The notes below the pieces were generated by a model. It ran no database searches and was not told the DNA's origin. It worked only from the letters and a program-made list of their open reading frames with translations. Below, piece by piece: positions 56,184 through 64,000 of a stretch of 64,000 nt of DNA (within the stretch, counting starts at the first letter, position 1; each line of letters begins with the position of its first letter). A program made the position numbers and the translations under genes. The DNA comes from an uncultured archaeon (lineage in GTDB: Archaea > Altiarchaeota > Altiarchaeia > JAFGQM01): assembly GCA_964592405.1 (NCBI GenBank), contig CAZQBY010000003.1, forward strand, positions 20,329 to 84,328, read 5' to 3'.

Positions 56184-57629
56184 ATGAGGGACTTCAACAA
56201 GGGAACAAATGGAAAGTTACCGGACAGTGTGATTATAGTGACAGCGATTTTCTTACTCATCTTTGCAGCAAGAGTGTTTCCCTATGCTGGTAGTCAGATT
56301 CCACCCGGATACGACGCCGGGCTCTACAAATATGTGATTGAACAGTATATTGATAATCTCCCGGGCATTCCAGAATACGATCTCCCTGTATGGGTAAGAA
56401 ATGCCTATCCACAGGGGTTGTTCCTTCTGACCGACCAATTATACCTTTTCGGCCTCGAACCATCATCAATACTGGGGGCCATTTTCCCCCTCCTGTGTGC
56501 GCTCCTGGTGTTCCCTCTGTTCATAGTCGCAAGGGAGTTCTTCGGCGAGCGTGCCGGATTTATCGCAGCGATCCTCTACGCTCTCTCCGCCACCCAATTC
56601 CACGTGTTCTCCCTACTCTACTTCAAGAATGTTGTCGGCTTGATACTTATGCTCACCTCTGTTTATCTCCTGAAGAGGAAGCGCTATGCCATTCTGGCTT
56701 TGACTTACGCCGCAACCGGCGCCTACCACAGGCCGACATTTCTGCTCCTGACGCTGGTTCTTGTGGCACGCCTGATTCAGCTCTCGGTTTTCTGGGCCAA
56801 GGACAGAAGCGATGAACAAGTGAGAAGGAGTGTCAAGTACCTCGGGCTGGCCGTCATCGCCGCTTGGACCCTGCTGGCGCCCTTTTATCTCATGAGGGCA
56901 GAGCTCTATTGGGACGTGTTCTCCTCGGCCATAGGCAGCCCCAGCGCAGGGACTTTCATGGATCCGGGGACCTACGCTTGGCTCTCGCTGGTATACCTGC
57001 CGTTCGCAGTCTTCGGTTTTGTGTGGCTGGCGAAAAGGAGGGATCTCAACCTCGTTTTCCTTTGGGCAGCGATAAACGGGTGCATAGTCGTCTTCAGTCT
57101 GTTTTTCTACAACAGGTTTATAATCCACTTGGACATAGCACTCATAATGCTCGCCGCCGCGGGACTGGGCTACGTGCTGGATTCAAAAAGGGTGCCGAAG
57201 ATGCTCGGCGTGGCTCTGATTACAGCAGTCTTTGCTATAAGCGGCGCCATGCTACTCAGTGAGCTACAGGGCATGGAGCCTCCTATTTCAGCGAACGAGC
57301 TAGATGCTCTTGCCTGGCTGTCAGACAACCTGGAGAAGGACTCCCATATCATCACGCTTTCGAGTCATGCTCCTTGGGTCCTAGGATGGGGTGGAAGAGA
57401 GGTCATCGCCCCAGGGCTTTTTGGGCATGACGAGTACAGCAAGGATGAATGGAGGGACTTCCTCAGGGATGGGAGCCCTGACAAGATCCAAGAGTTCCTT
57501 AGCATCTACGACAGGCCTTTATACATCTACCGCAAGAGGGGAAATGGCTTCGGATTTATCGATTTTGAGAATGAATGCTTTGAGAAGGTTTATGATGGAG
57601 AAGCCATCATCTACAGATACGTGTGCTGA
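56184..57629 (+). CDS. multi-pass GT-C-like membrane glycosyltransferase
   Basis: GYDAGLY, YPQG, about 11 TM helices, NRF, ALAWL. Confidence 0.65.
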   Translation: MRDFNKGTNGKLPDSVIIVTAIFLLIFAARVFPYAGSQIPPGYDAGLYKYVIEQYIDNLPGIPEYDLPVWVRNAYPQGLFLLTDQLYLFGLEPSSILGAIFPLLCALLVFPLFIVAREFFGERAGFIAAILYALSATQFHVFSLLYFKNVVGLILMLTSVYLLKRKRYAILALTYAATGAYHRPTFLLLTLVLVARLIQLSVFWAKDRSDEQVRRSVKYLGLAVIAAWTLLAPFYLMRAELYWDVFSSAIGSPSAGTFMDPGTYAWLSLVYLPFAVFGFVWLAKRRDLNLVFLWAAINGCIVVFSLFFYNRFIIHLDIALIMLAAAGLGYVLDSKRVPKMLGVALITAVFAISGAMLLSELQGMEPPISANELDALAWLSDNLEKDSHIITLSSHAPWVLGWGGREVIAPGLFGHDEYSKDEWRDFLRDGSPDKIQEFLSIYDRPLYIYRKRGNGFGFIDFENECFEKVYDGEAIIYRYVC

Positions 57630-57662
57630 TTTATAAGCTCTCATCGGTTATATGTAAAAGGA

Positions 57663-57986
57663 ATGATAATGGAGGCTTTGAGCGCAATCTTGGGGACAGT
57701 GCTTGTCGTGTTTATCCCAGGGTATGCTGTAACCCTTGCGATATTCAAAAAGGATGAAATAGACCTGATTGAGAGAATAGCTCTCTCATTCGCCCTGAGC
57801 ATTGCTTTGGTCCCGTTGCTATTGTTCTATCTCAACCTAGGCATAGGCATGAGAATAGATTTGGCCAGTTCAATCCTGATTGTCTTGCTGATAGTGTTCT
57901 TCTCATGGCTTCTGTGGGCCAAGCGAAATGGCAGACTAGAGTGGATACTAAGCAGGATAAAGATACTAAGCAGAACCAGAAGTTAG
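57663..57986 (+). CDS. DUF1616-like membrane protein
   Basis: FIPGYA...F, IERIALSFALSIA. Confidence 0.75.
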   Translation: MIMEALSAILGTVLVVFIPGYAVTLAIFKKDEIDLIERIALSFALSIALVPLLLFYLNLGIGMRIDLASSILIVLLIVFFSWLLWAKRNGRLEWILSRIKILSRTRS

Positions 57987-57987
57987 A

Positions 57988-59265
57988 ATGTTTCACATAG
58001 ACATAAGACATGGCATAGCCTACTTCTACAAGGATAAATTGTATAGAAATGCCTCTTATCTGGTAATGTCTAACTTAGTCATAAGCATAACCGGTTTTTT
58101 GTTCTGGGTAATAGCTGCGCGTTTGTATGAGCCGAGTGACATAGGGATGGCATCGGTATTGATATCCATGATGGCCTTTTTTTCAATTTTTGCGGTATCT
58201 GGCTTTGACGTCACATCCATACGATTCTTGCCCTCAATGGATGACGAGGAAGGTGGCAAGCTCATTTCAACATCGTTCCTCTTCGCCATAGCCATCTCCC
58301 TGACGCTTTCCACTGCTTTCATCCTGCTTATTGACCTCTTCGCACCCAGTATCAGCATCTTAAAGTCCCCTATATATGGGTTAATGTTCATAGTTTCCTC
58401 AGTGTCGTTTTGTGTGTTCTACTTGCTAAACGGCATGTTCATCGCGCGCATGAGGAGCGATCTCGTGCTCCTGAAGGGCAGCCTGCAGGGCGCCCTGAAG
58501 GTGATTTTCCTGCCCTTTCTGATAATCGCAGGTGGATTTGGGATATACCTCTCCTACGCCCTTTCTGTGATTGTGGGGCTGCTACTATCCATATTCCTTA
58601 TAGTGAGGCTCTACTCCAAAATAAGCCTCTGCTTTGATTTTGATGTGCTAAAAAAGACATTAGTGTTCCTGTCAGGGAATTACATATCCTCAATATTTTC
58701 ACAGCTCCCCAACCTACTGTTCCCGATAATTATACTGAACATGATATCCGGGGCGGACGCGGCATACTTTTACATGCCGTGGCACATGTTCTTCGTGTTC
58801 TTTGGCTTCATAGGCCCCATAAATGCTGCGTTCTTGATGGAGGGTTCCTACGACGAAAAGGAAAAGGAGATAGAGATGGGTGAGGTGAAAGCAATAAAGC
58901 TATGTTCACTGGTCGTTCTCGGCGGGTTGGTATTGTTCTTAGTATTCGGCAGATTCATCCTGTCGCTGTTTGGAGCCAGATACGCGAACGCCGACAACCT
59001 CTTATACGTCTTGGCAGTGTCTCTTGTCCCCGCCGCGATAAACCAAATCTATCTGACGCTTAAGAACATAAGGAAGGAGATGAAGATTCTCACAAGCCTG
59101 AACATGTTGATATACTCGTCAAGCTTGGTCTTGGGAACCCTGTTGATTCCCAGCTTCGGCATACTTGGGATTGGATATGGATGGTTCATTGGGCAATCCC
59201 TCGGGACTGTATGGATTGGTTTAGAGAGCTGCAGGCACCATATAAGGAGGCGCATAAGGGCCTGA
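57988..59265 (+). CDS. oligosaccharide flippase (Wzx/MOP family)
   Basis: LYRNASYL, GFLFW..AARLY, IRFLP, about 12 TM helices. Confidence 0.88.
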   Translation: MFHIDIRHGIAYFYKDKLYRNASYLVMSNLVISITGFLFWVIAARLYEPSDIGMASVLISMMAFFSIFAVSGFDVTSIRFLPSMDDEEGGKLISTSFLFAIAISLTLSTAFILLIDLFAPSISILKSPIYGLMFIVSSVSFCVFYLLNGMFIARMRSDLVLLKGSLQGALKVIFLPFLIIAGGFGIYLSYALSVIVGLLLSIFLIVRLYSKISLCFDFDVLKKTLVFLSGNYISSIFSQLPNLLFPIIILNMISGADAAYFYMPWHMFFVFFGFIGPINAAFLMEGSYDEKEKEIEMGEVKAIKLCSLVVLGGLVLFLVFGRFILSLFGARYANADNLLYVLAVSLVPAAINQIYLTLKNIRKEMKILTSLNMLIYSSSLVLGTLLIPSFGILGIGYGWFIGQSLGTVWIGLESCRHHIRRRIRA

Positions 59266-59313
59266 TGATGGCCCCCCTCAACAGTTTTTAAAAAGTCACA
59301 TAAAATAATCGCC

Positions 59314-59548
59314 ATGAAAGGCGTAATCTTTGGGAGCGAGCTTCATTGGTCATGGGAGTCCGACCGTTTCCGCGCTGACGGACATCGAGCCGAAGCATGT
59401 CGAGAATCCAATCCACAACTATGTCTACACGACCAAAGCGGATGTGGCACCGCAAAGAGGGCACTGGGTTCAGGGCCAAGTTAGGCATCTAAGAGGGAAT
59501 CAAGAAAAGCTGTTGAGTATTACAAAAAGCATTAATAAGAGATTTTAG
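59314..59548 (+). pseudogene. decayed N-terminal fragment of a sugar-1-phosphate nucleotidyltransferase (RfbA-like)
   Basis: MKGVI in one frame, then GHGS...ALTDIEPKH in another, resembling MKG.ILAGG.GTRL.PLT...PK of the intact gene at 61977. Confidence 0.5.
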
Positions 59549-60492
59549 AGGCTTTTCCACCATCCGGGATTATCTTTGTACCAATCAATTGTCTCGGCAA
59601 TTGCTTTCTCAAATATATAGCCGGGTTTCCACCCCAGCTTTTTTACCTTTGTGGAGTCCAGAGAGTATCTCCTGTCATGGCCCGGGCGGTCCCCGACAAA
59701 CTCGATATAGCTGTCATCGAGACCTATGTGAGATATTAAGAGTCTTACGACCTCGAGATTCGTCTTCTCATTCCCCCCTCCCACATTGTAGATCTCGCCC
59801 GGCTTTCCCTTGTGAACAATCAAATCGATCGCCTCGCAGTTGTCCAAGACGTATATCCAGTCTCTCACGTTCAGCCCGTCGCCATAGACCGGAACCTTTT
59901 TCCCGCGCAGAAGGTTCGTGATGGCCAGGGGGATGAGCTTCTCTGGGTATTGGTAGGGCCCGAAGTTGTTCGATGAGCGGGTTATGAAGGTCGGCAGGCC
60001 ATAGGTGACATGGTACGAGTTGACTATCATGTCCGCGGCCGCCTTGCTCGCTGAGTAGGGGGAGGATGGGTTGAGCGGGTCGGTCTCCCTAAAGGAGCCC
60101 TTCGCTATGCTGCCGTAGACCTCATCCGTTGATATCTGGACGTATCTATCAACGCCAAACTTCCGCGAGGCCTCGAGGAGTCGGTAGGTTCCTATGACGT
60201 CCGTCTTGACAAATGCGCCGGCATCCATTATCGACCGGTCCACGTGCGTCTCCGCGGCGAAGTTGATGACTATGTCCGAGTTCTTGACCAGCTTCTCGTC
60301 GGTCTTCCTGTCGCAGATGTCTCCCTTCACAAACCTTATCTTTTTCCTTATGTCCTTGAGGTTCTCCAGATTGCCGGCATAGGTCAGCTTGTCGAGGACA
60401 GTGATCTCGTAGTCGGGGTGCTTCTGCAGCATCATGCGTGTGAAGTTGCTCCCTATGAAGCCTGCGCCGCCAGTTATCAGGAGTCTTTTCAT
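59545..60492 (-). CDS. rfbB: dTDP-glucose 4,6-dehydratase
   Basis: TGGAGFIGSNF, DKLTYAG, FAAETHVDRSI, STDEVYG, YSASK, DRPGHDRRY. Confidence 0.95.
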   Translation of the reverse strand: MKRLLITGGAGFIGSNFTRMMLQKHPDYEITVLDKLTYAGNLENLKDIRKKIRFVKGDICDRKTDEKLVKNSDIVINFAAETHVDRSIMDAGAFVKTDVIGTYRLLEASRKFGVDRYVQISTDEVYGSIAKGSFRETDPLNPSSPYSASKAAADMIVNSYHVTYGLPTFITRSSNNFGPYQYPEKLIPLAITNLLRGKKVPVYGDGLNVRDWIYVLDNCEAIDLIVHKGKPGEIYNVGGGNEKTNLEVVRLLISHIGLDDSYIEFVGDRPGHDRRYSLDSTKVKKLGWKPGYIFEKAIAETIDWYKDNPGWWKSL

Positions 60493-61052
60493 TTTTTTGA
60501 GTATTGGAAGTCAACACCAGCTTCAGAGAGCCTAGGCAGCCGCATGTCCTTCGCCGAAAGAAGTGGGTCTTTGACAGGCCACTTTATCCCAAGGGACTCG
60601 TCATTCCATATTATTCCTCGCTCGTTCTCGGGGGAATAGGGCTTAGTGGTGTTATAGATGACCTCTGCGGAATCGCTCAGGACACAAAAGCCATGGGCAA
60701 AGCCTTCCGGGATGTAGACCATCCGCCGGTTCTTGTCCGAAAGCCTTACCGAGACATGCTTACCGAATGTCGGCGAGCCCCTCCTTATGTCAACAGCCAC
60801 GTCAAATATCTCGCCGCTCACAACGCGGACCAGCTTGCCCTGTGCCATCGGCGGCTTCTGATAATGGAGGCCTCTCAGCACATTTTTGTGTGACAAAGAC
60901 TGGTTCTCCTGGACGAAAATGGGCGTTATGCCGAACTCCCGGAAATCGGCCTGCTTGTAGACCTCCATAAAAGAGCCTCTCTTACTTTTGAAGACCTTCG
61001 GCGTCACAAGAACCACGTCCGGGATTCTTAACCGCCTGAACCTGAAGGGCAT
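60489..61052 (-). CDS. rfbC: dTDP-4-dehydrorhamnose 3,5-epimerase
   Basis: VLRGLHYQ, QGKLVRV, DVAVDIR.GSPTFG, GFAHGF; start may be 61052 or 61079. Confidence 0.95.
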   Translation of the reverse strand: MPFRFRRLRIPDVVLVTPKVFKSKRGSFMEVYKQADFREFGITPIFVQENQSLSHKNVLRGLHYQKPPMAQGKLVRVVSGEIFDVAVDIRRGSPTFGKHVSVRLSDKNRRMVYIPEGFAHGFCVLSDSAEVIYNTTKPYSPENERGIIWNDESLGIKWPVKDPLLSAKDMRLPRLSEAGVDFQYSKK

Positions 61053-61102
61053 TTTGGTGATATTAATACGGCCAAACATTAATTATTAGGAGCCGAATAT
61101 AA

Positions 61103-61975
61103 ATGGAAAGGCTACTAATTACAGGATGCACAGGCCTGCTGGGGAGCAAGCTTGTAGAGAAGGCTCCCGAGGGCGCCAAAGTATACGGCGTTGCCCTTGA
61201 GAACCCCCGAGGAAAGACCAGATACGAGTTCAACAAACTGGACATAAGCGACAGGGACGAGACGACCAAACTAATTGCGAAGCTTGGGCCGGATACCGTC
61301 ATCCACACGGCCGCGCTGACCGGCGTGGACTACTGTGAGGAGCATCCTGAAGAAGCGCGCAGCGTGAACGCCTTGGGAACCGAGAATGTGGCCTTGGGAT
61401 GCAAAAAAACTGGCGCGAGGCTGGTTTATGTCTCAACAGACTATGTATTCGACGGCAAGAAGGGCATGTACGCGGAGACTGATACCCCAAATCCGATCAA
61501 CGTTTACGGCAAAACAAAGTTGGAGGGCGAGGCCTTGCTCAAAGAGGCGGGCATCGACTGGTGCATCGCCAGGACCAGCGTCCTTTATGGGTGGCATGAG
61601 AACTACAACTTCGCTAAGTGGGTCGTCGGAGAGCTGAGGGAGGGAAAGAGCATCAATGTCGTAAACGGGCAGTACTGCTCGCCGACGTTCGCCGACAACC
61701 TGGCGGAGGCCCTCCTGCTGTTGTCGGAGAAGGGAGCGACAGGCATTTTCCACACCGCCGGCAGCAAGAGGGTGTCAAGGTACGAATTTGCGGTGAAAAC
61801 GGCAGAGATCTTTGGCCTGGATTCAAATTTGATTAATCCGGTTACATCAGACAAGTTAAGGCAAAAAGCCAAACGGCCCAAAGATTCCTCCCTAGACATA
61901 AACAAGGCAAAAAAATCAGGATTGTATATGATGGACATTTATGAAGGACTAAACGAAATGAAAGGGAGCGAATAG
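61103..61975 (+). CDS. rfbD: dTDP-4-dehydrorhamnose reductase
   Basis: ITGCTGLLG, AA.T.VD.CE, STDYVFDG, YGKTK..GE, SPT, RP..SSL. Confidence 0.93.
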   Translation: MERLLITGCTGLLGSKLVEKAPEGAKVYGVALENPRGKTRYEFNKLDISDRDETTKLIAKLGPDTVIHTAALTGVDYCEEHPEEARSVNALGTENVALGCKKTGARLVYVSTDYVFDGKKGMYAETDTPNPINVYGKTKLEGEALLKEAGIDWCIARTSVLYGWHENYNFAKWVVGELREGKSINVVNGQYCSPTFADNLAEALLLLSEKGATGIFHTAGSKRVSRYEFAVKTAEIFGLDSNLINPVTSDKLRQKAKRPKDSSLDINKAKKSGLYMMDIYEGLNEMKGSE

Positions 61976-61976
61976 A

Positions 61977-63053
61977 ATGAAGGGTCTTATACTAGCCGGC
62001 GGGAGAGGGACGCGGCTGAGGCCGCTCACCCACAGCGGGCCGAAGCAGCTGATACCGATTGCGAACAAGCCCGTCTTGTTCCATGCCATTGAGGACCTGA
62101 AGGAGGCAGGGATAAAGGATATCGGAATCGTGCTCGGATTGAACATGCCAGAGCAGATAAGGGCTGCGGTCGGCAACGGCTCCAAACTGGGTGTGAGAGT
62201 CACCTACATAGAGCAGGGCGAGGCCAAAGGCTTGGCCCACGCCATCGGCATCTCGCGGGATTTCTTGGGCGATGGGCCCTTTGTTGTCCATCTAGGAGAC
62301 AACGTCCTCAGACAAGGCATCAGGGAAATCATGAATGAGTTTAAGGGGAAAAAATCAGATGCTGGCATACTCCTCTCAAGGATAAAAAACCCTGAGAGGT
62401 TCGGCGTCGCGGAGATAAAGGGCGGCAAGGTGGTCAGGCTTGTGGAAAAGCCGAAGGTCCCGAAGAGCGACCTAGCACTCGTTGGCGTTTACTTTTTCAC
62501 CCGGCCGGTCTTTGACGCGATATCCCAGATAAAGCCTTCCAGAAGGGGGGAGCTCGAGATAGTCGACGCAATCCAGAGGATGATAGACAGCGGCTACAGG
62601 GTGGACTACCGCATAGTTGACGGCTGGTGGAAGGACATGGGCAGGCCTGAGGACGTGCTGGAGGCGAATAGAGTGTTCCTGGAGGACATTAAGACTTACA
62701 ACAAGGGGACAATCGGGAAGAACGTTAGAATCCAGGGACAAGTACAAATAGGCAAGGGGACAATAATTAGAGGCGATTCGGTGATACGTGGACCCGTGAG
62801 CATAGGCGAGAAGTGCGAAATCGTGGATGCTTGTATAGGCCCTTATTCCTCGGTCGGCAGCAACACGAAGATAATCGGCGGGGAGATTGAGGATTCCATA
62901 TTAATCGGCGATTCGGTGATAAGCTGCGGTAAGAGGATTGTCAGGAGCCTGATTGGCAGCAACTCGCGGGTCGTTTCATCTGAAAAAATGGGGGAGAGCG
63001 AGCAGAGACTTATCGTCGGCGACAACTCGGAGATTGAGTATGATGGCCAATAA
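61977..63053 (+). CDS. rfbA: glucose-1-phosphate thymidylyltransferase, long form
   Basis: LAGGRGTRLRPLT..PKQL, GLAHA, LGDN, EKP, RGELEI.D; C-terminal left-handed beta-helix. Confidence 0.93.
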   Translation: MKGLILAGGRGTRLRPLTHSGPKQLIPIANKPVLFHAIEDLKEAGIKDIGIVLGLNMPEQIRAAVGNGSKLGVRVTYIEQGEAKGLAHAIGISRDFLGDGPFVVHLGDNVLRQGIREIMNEFKGKKSDAGILLSRIKNPERFGVAEIKGGKVVRLVEKPKVPKSDLALVGVYFFTRPVFDAISQIKPSRRGELEIVDAIQRMIDSGYRVDYRIVDGWWKDMGRPEDVLEANRVFLEDIKTYNKGTIGKNVRIQGQVQIGKGTIIRGDSVIRGPVSIGEKCEIVDACIGPYSSVGSNTKIIGGEIEDSILIGDSVISCGKRIVRSLIGSNSRVVSSEKMGESEQRLIVGDNSEIEYDGQ

Positions 63054-64000
63054 GGGGAGGATCAGACCAAAAAAGCAGGGGAAGCTGCCCTACGTGAGCA
63101 TCATAGTCCTGAATTACAACGGCAGGGCGCACCTGAAGGAGTGCTTTGAGTCGCTGCGCAGAATCAAGTATCCCAAAGACCGGTATGAGGTTATTATGGT
63201 GGACAACGCCTCCTCGGACGATTCAGTTATCTACACGAAGAAGAACTTCCCGTGGGTCAGAATCCTGAGGCTTGACAGGAACTACGGGTTCGCTGAAGGC
63301 AACAACAGGGGGGCGGAGATTGCAAAGGGGGAGCATATAGTGTTTTTGAACAATGACACCGTGGTCCATAGGGACTGGTTGATTGAGCTTGTTAAGGCCG
63401 CTATTGAGAATCCTAAGAGGATTTGTTCGCCCCTTATGCTGGATTATTACAGAAAAAACCGCGTGTTGGCAGGTAATATAAAGATGACCATATTTGGCAC
63501 TCATGTATGCGCAGGCCGTGGAACGCTTTATTCACCAGAGAAATTCACTCAAGTAGATACTTTTTTTCCAGATGGAGGTAGTATGCTGCTGAAAAAAGAG
63601 ACATTTGAAAAACTGAGTAAATTTGAGTCTTCTTATTTTATGTATGGCGAGGACGTGGCTATCGGGTGGAAAGCATGGCTGTTGGGGTATGAGCTGGTTT
63701 TTGTGCCATCCTCAATATACTGGCATAAGGTGGGGGCGTCGTCGGGAGGAGGGAATAAAGGGATTTATGTTTATTATTGCTTGAAAAATTCTATGACAAA
63801 TGTTTTGAAATACCCTGAGCTGCAGAATTCGGTGGTCATGTTGTTCTGGTTCCTTGTTGTCAGGAGCTTGTGGACTTTGCTTGAAGCTGTGAGGAATAAA
63901 AGACTATCTTCAGTAGTCGAAGTCCTGAGGGCAATATACGACTTTGTTAAGGAGAGCCCCAAAATACTCAGGGAGAGGAAAGCCATCCAGTTGAGGCGGG
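63043..64000 (+). CDS. GT2 glycosyltransferase (rhamnosyltransferase-like), truncated by window edge
   Basis: VSIIVLNYNG, VDNASSD, NYGFAEGNN, FLNND, FMYGED; frame open to the window end; not in the ORF track. Confidence 0.88.
   Translation, partial: MANKGRIRPKKQGKLPYVSIIVLNYNGRAHLKECFESLRRIKYPKDRYEVIMVDNASSDDSVIYTKKNFPWVRILRLDRNYGFAEGNNRGAEIAKGEHIVFLNNDTVVHRDWLIELVKAAIENPKRICSPLMLDYYRKNRVLAGNIKMTIFGTHVCAGRGTLYSPEKFTQVDTFFPDGGSMLLKKETFEKLSKFESSYFMYGEDVAIGWKAWLLGYELVFVPSSIYWHKVGASSGGGNKGIYVYYCLKNSMTNVLKYPELQNSVVMLFWFLVVRSLWTLLEAVRNKRLSSVVEVLRAIYDFVKESPKILRERKAIQLRR

Noticed and set aside
1-64000. CRISPR array, cas genes, integrase or transposase
   Set aside because: No regularly spaced identical repeats and no recognisable cas, tyrosine recombinase or transposase ORF; the tRNA-trailer units are too few and too degenerate to call CRISPR.

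Overview
Archaeal chromosomal window, shown by Hjc, eL15, two PurP paralogues, intron-containing tRNAs with bulge-helix-bulge (BHB) motifs and a stand-alone 5S rRNA. The many Cys-rich, membrane-anchored surface proteins and apparently leaderless genes suggest a DPANN-like lineage (inference). Contents: RNA-modification and housekeeping genes; a compact group 3b-like [NiFe]-hydrogenase locus (large and small subunit, short protease, HypA, HypC, DUF6390-like protein, EamA transporter; no HypB/D/E/F or HydB/G in the window); MFS, ABC, MgtE and cation-chloride-type transporters; a glucosyl/mannosyl-3-phosphoglycerate compatible-solute cluster; three tRNAs (two with long structured introns); and, from about 46.5 kb, a surface-glycosylation island with dTDP-rhamnose genes. 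The most unusual signals are four. (1) All three tRNA genes are followed by ~90-105-nt units whose hairpin base is an antisense plus a sense copy of that tRNA's own 3' end, and three units share a ~45-nt core with compensatory changes. (2) The DUF6390-like protein carries a C-terminal HypC-like domain that keeps the Cys and His, while the adjacent HypC has lost its His, suggesting a non-canonical hydrogenase maturation route. (3) The introns of two different tRNAs appear related. (4) There is a candidate structured small RNA at about 41.7 kb. No CRISPR array, integrase or transposase was seen. All alignments were done by eye; no database searches were run.
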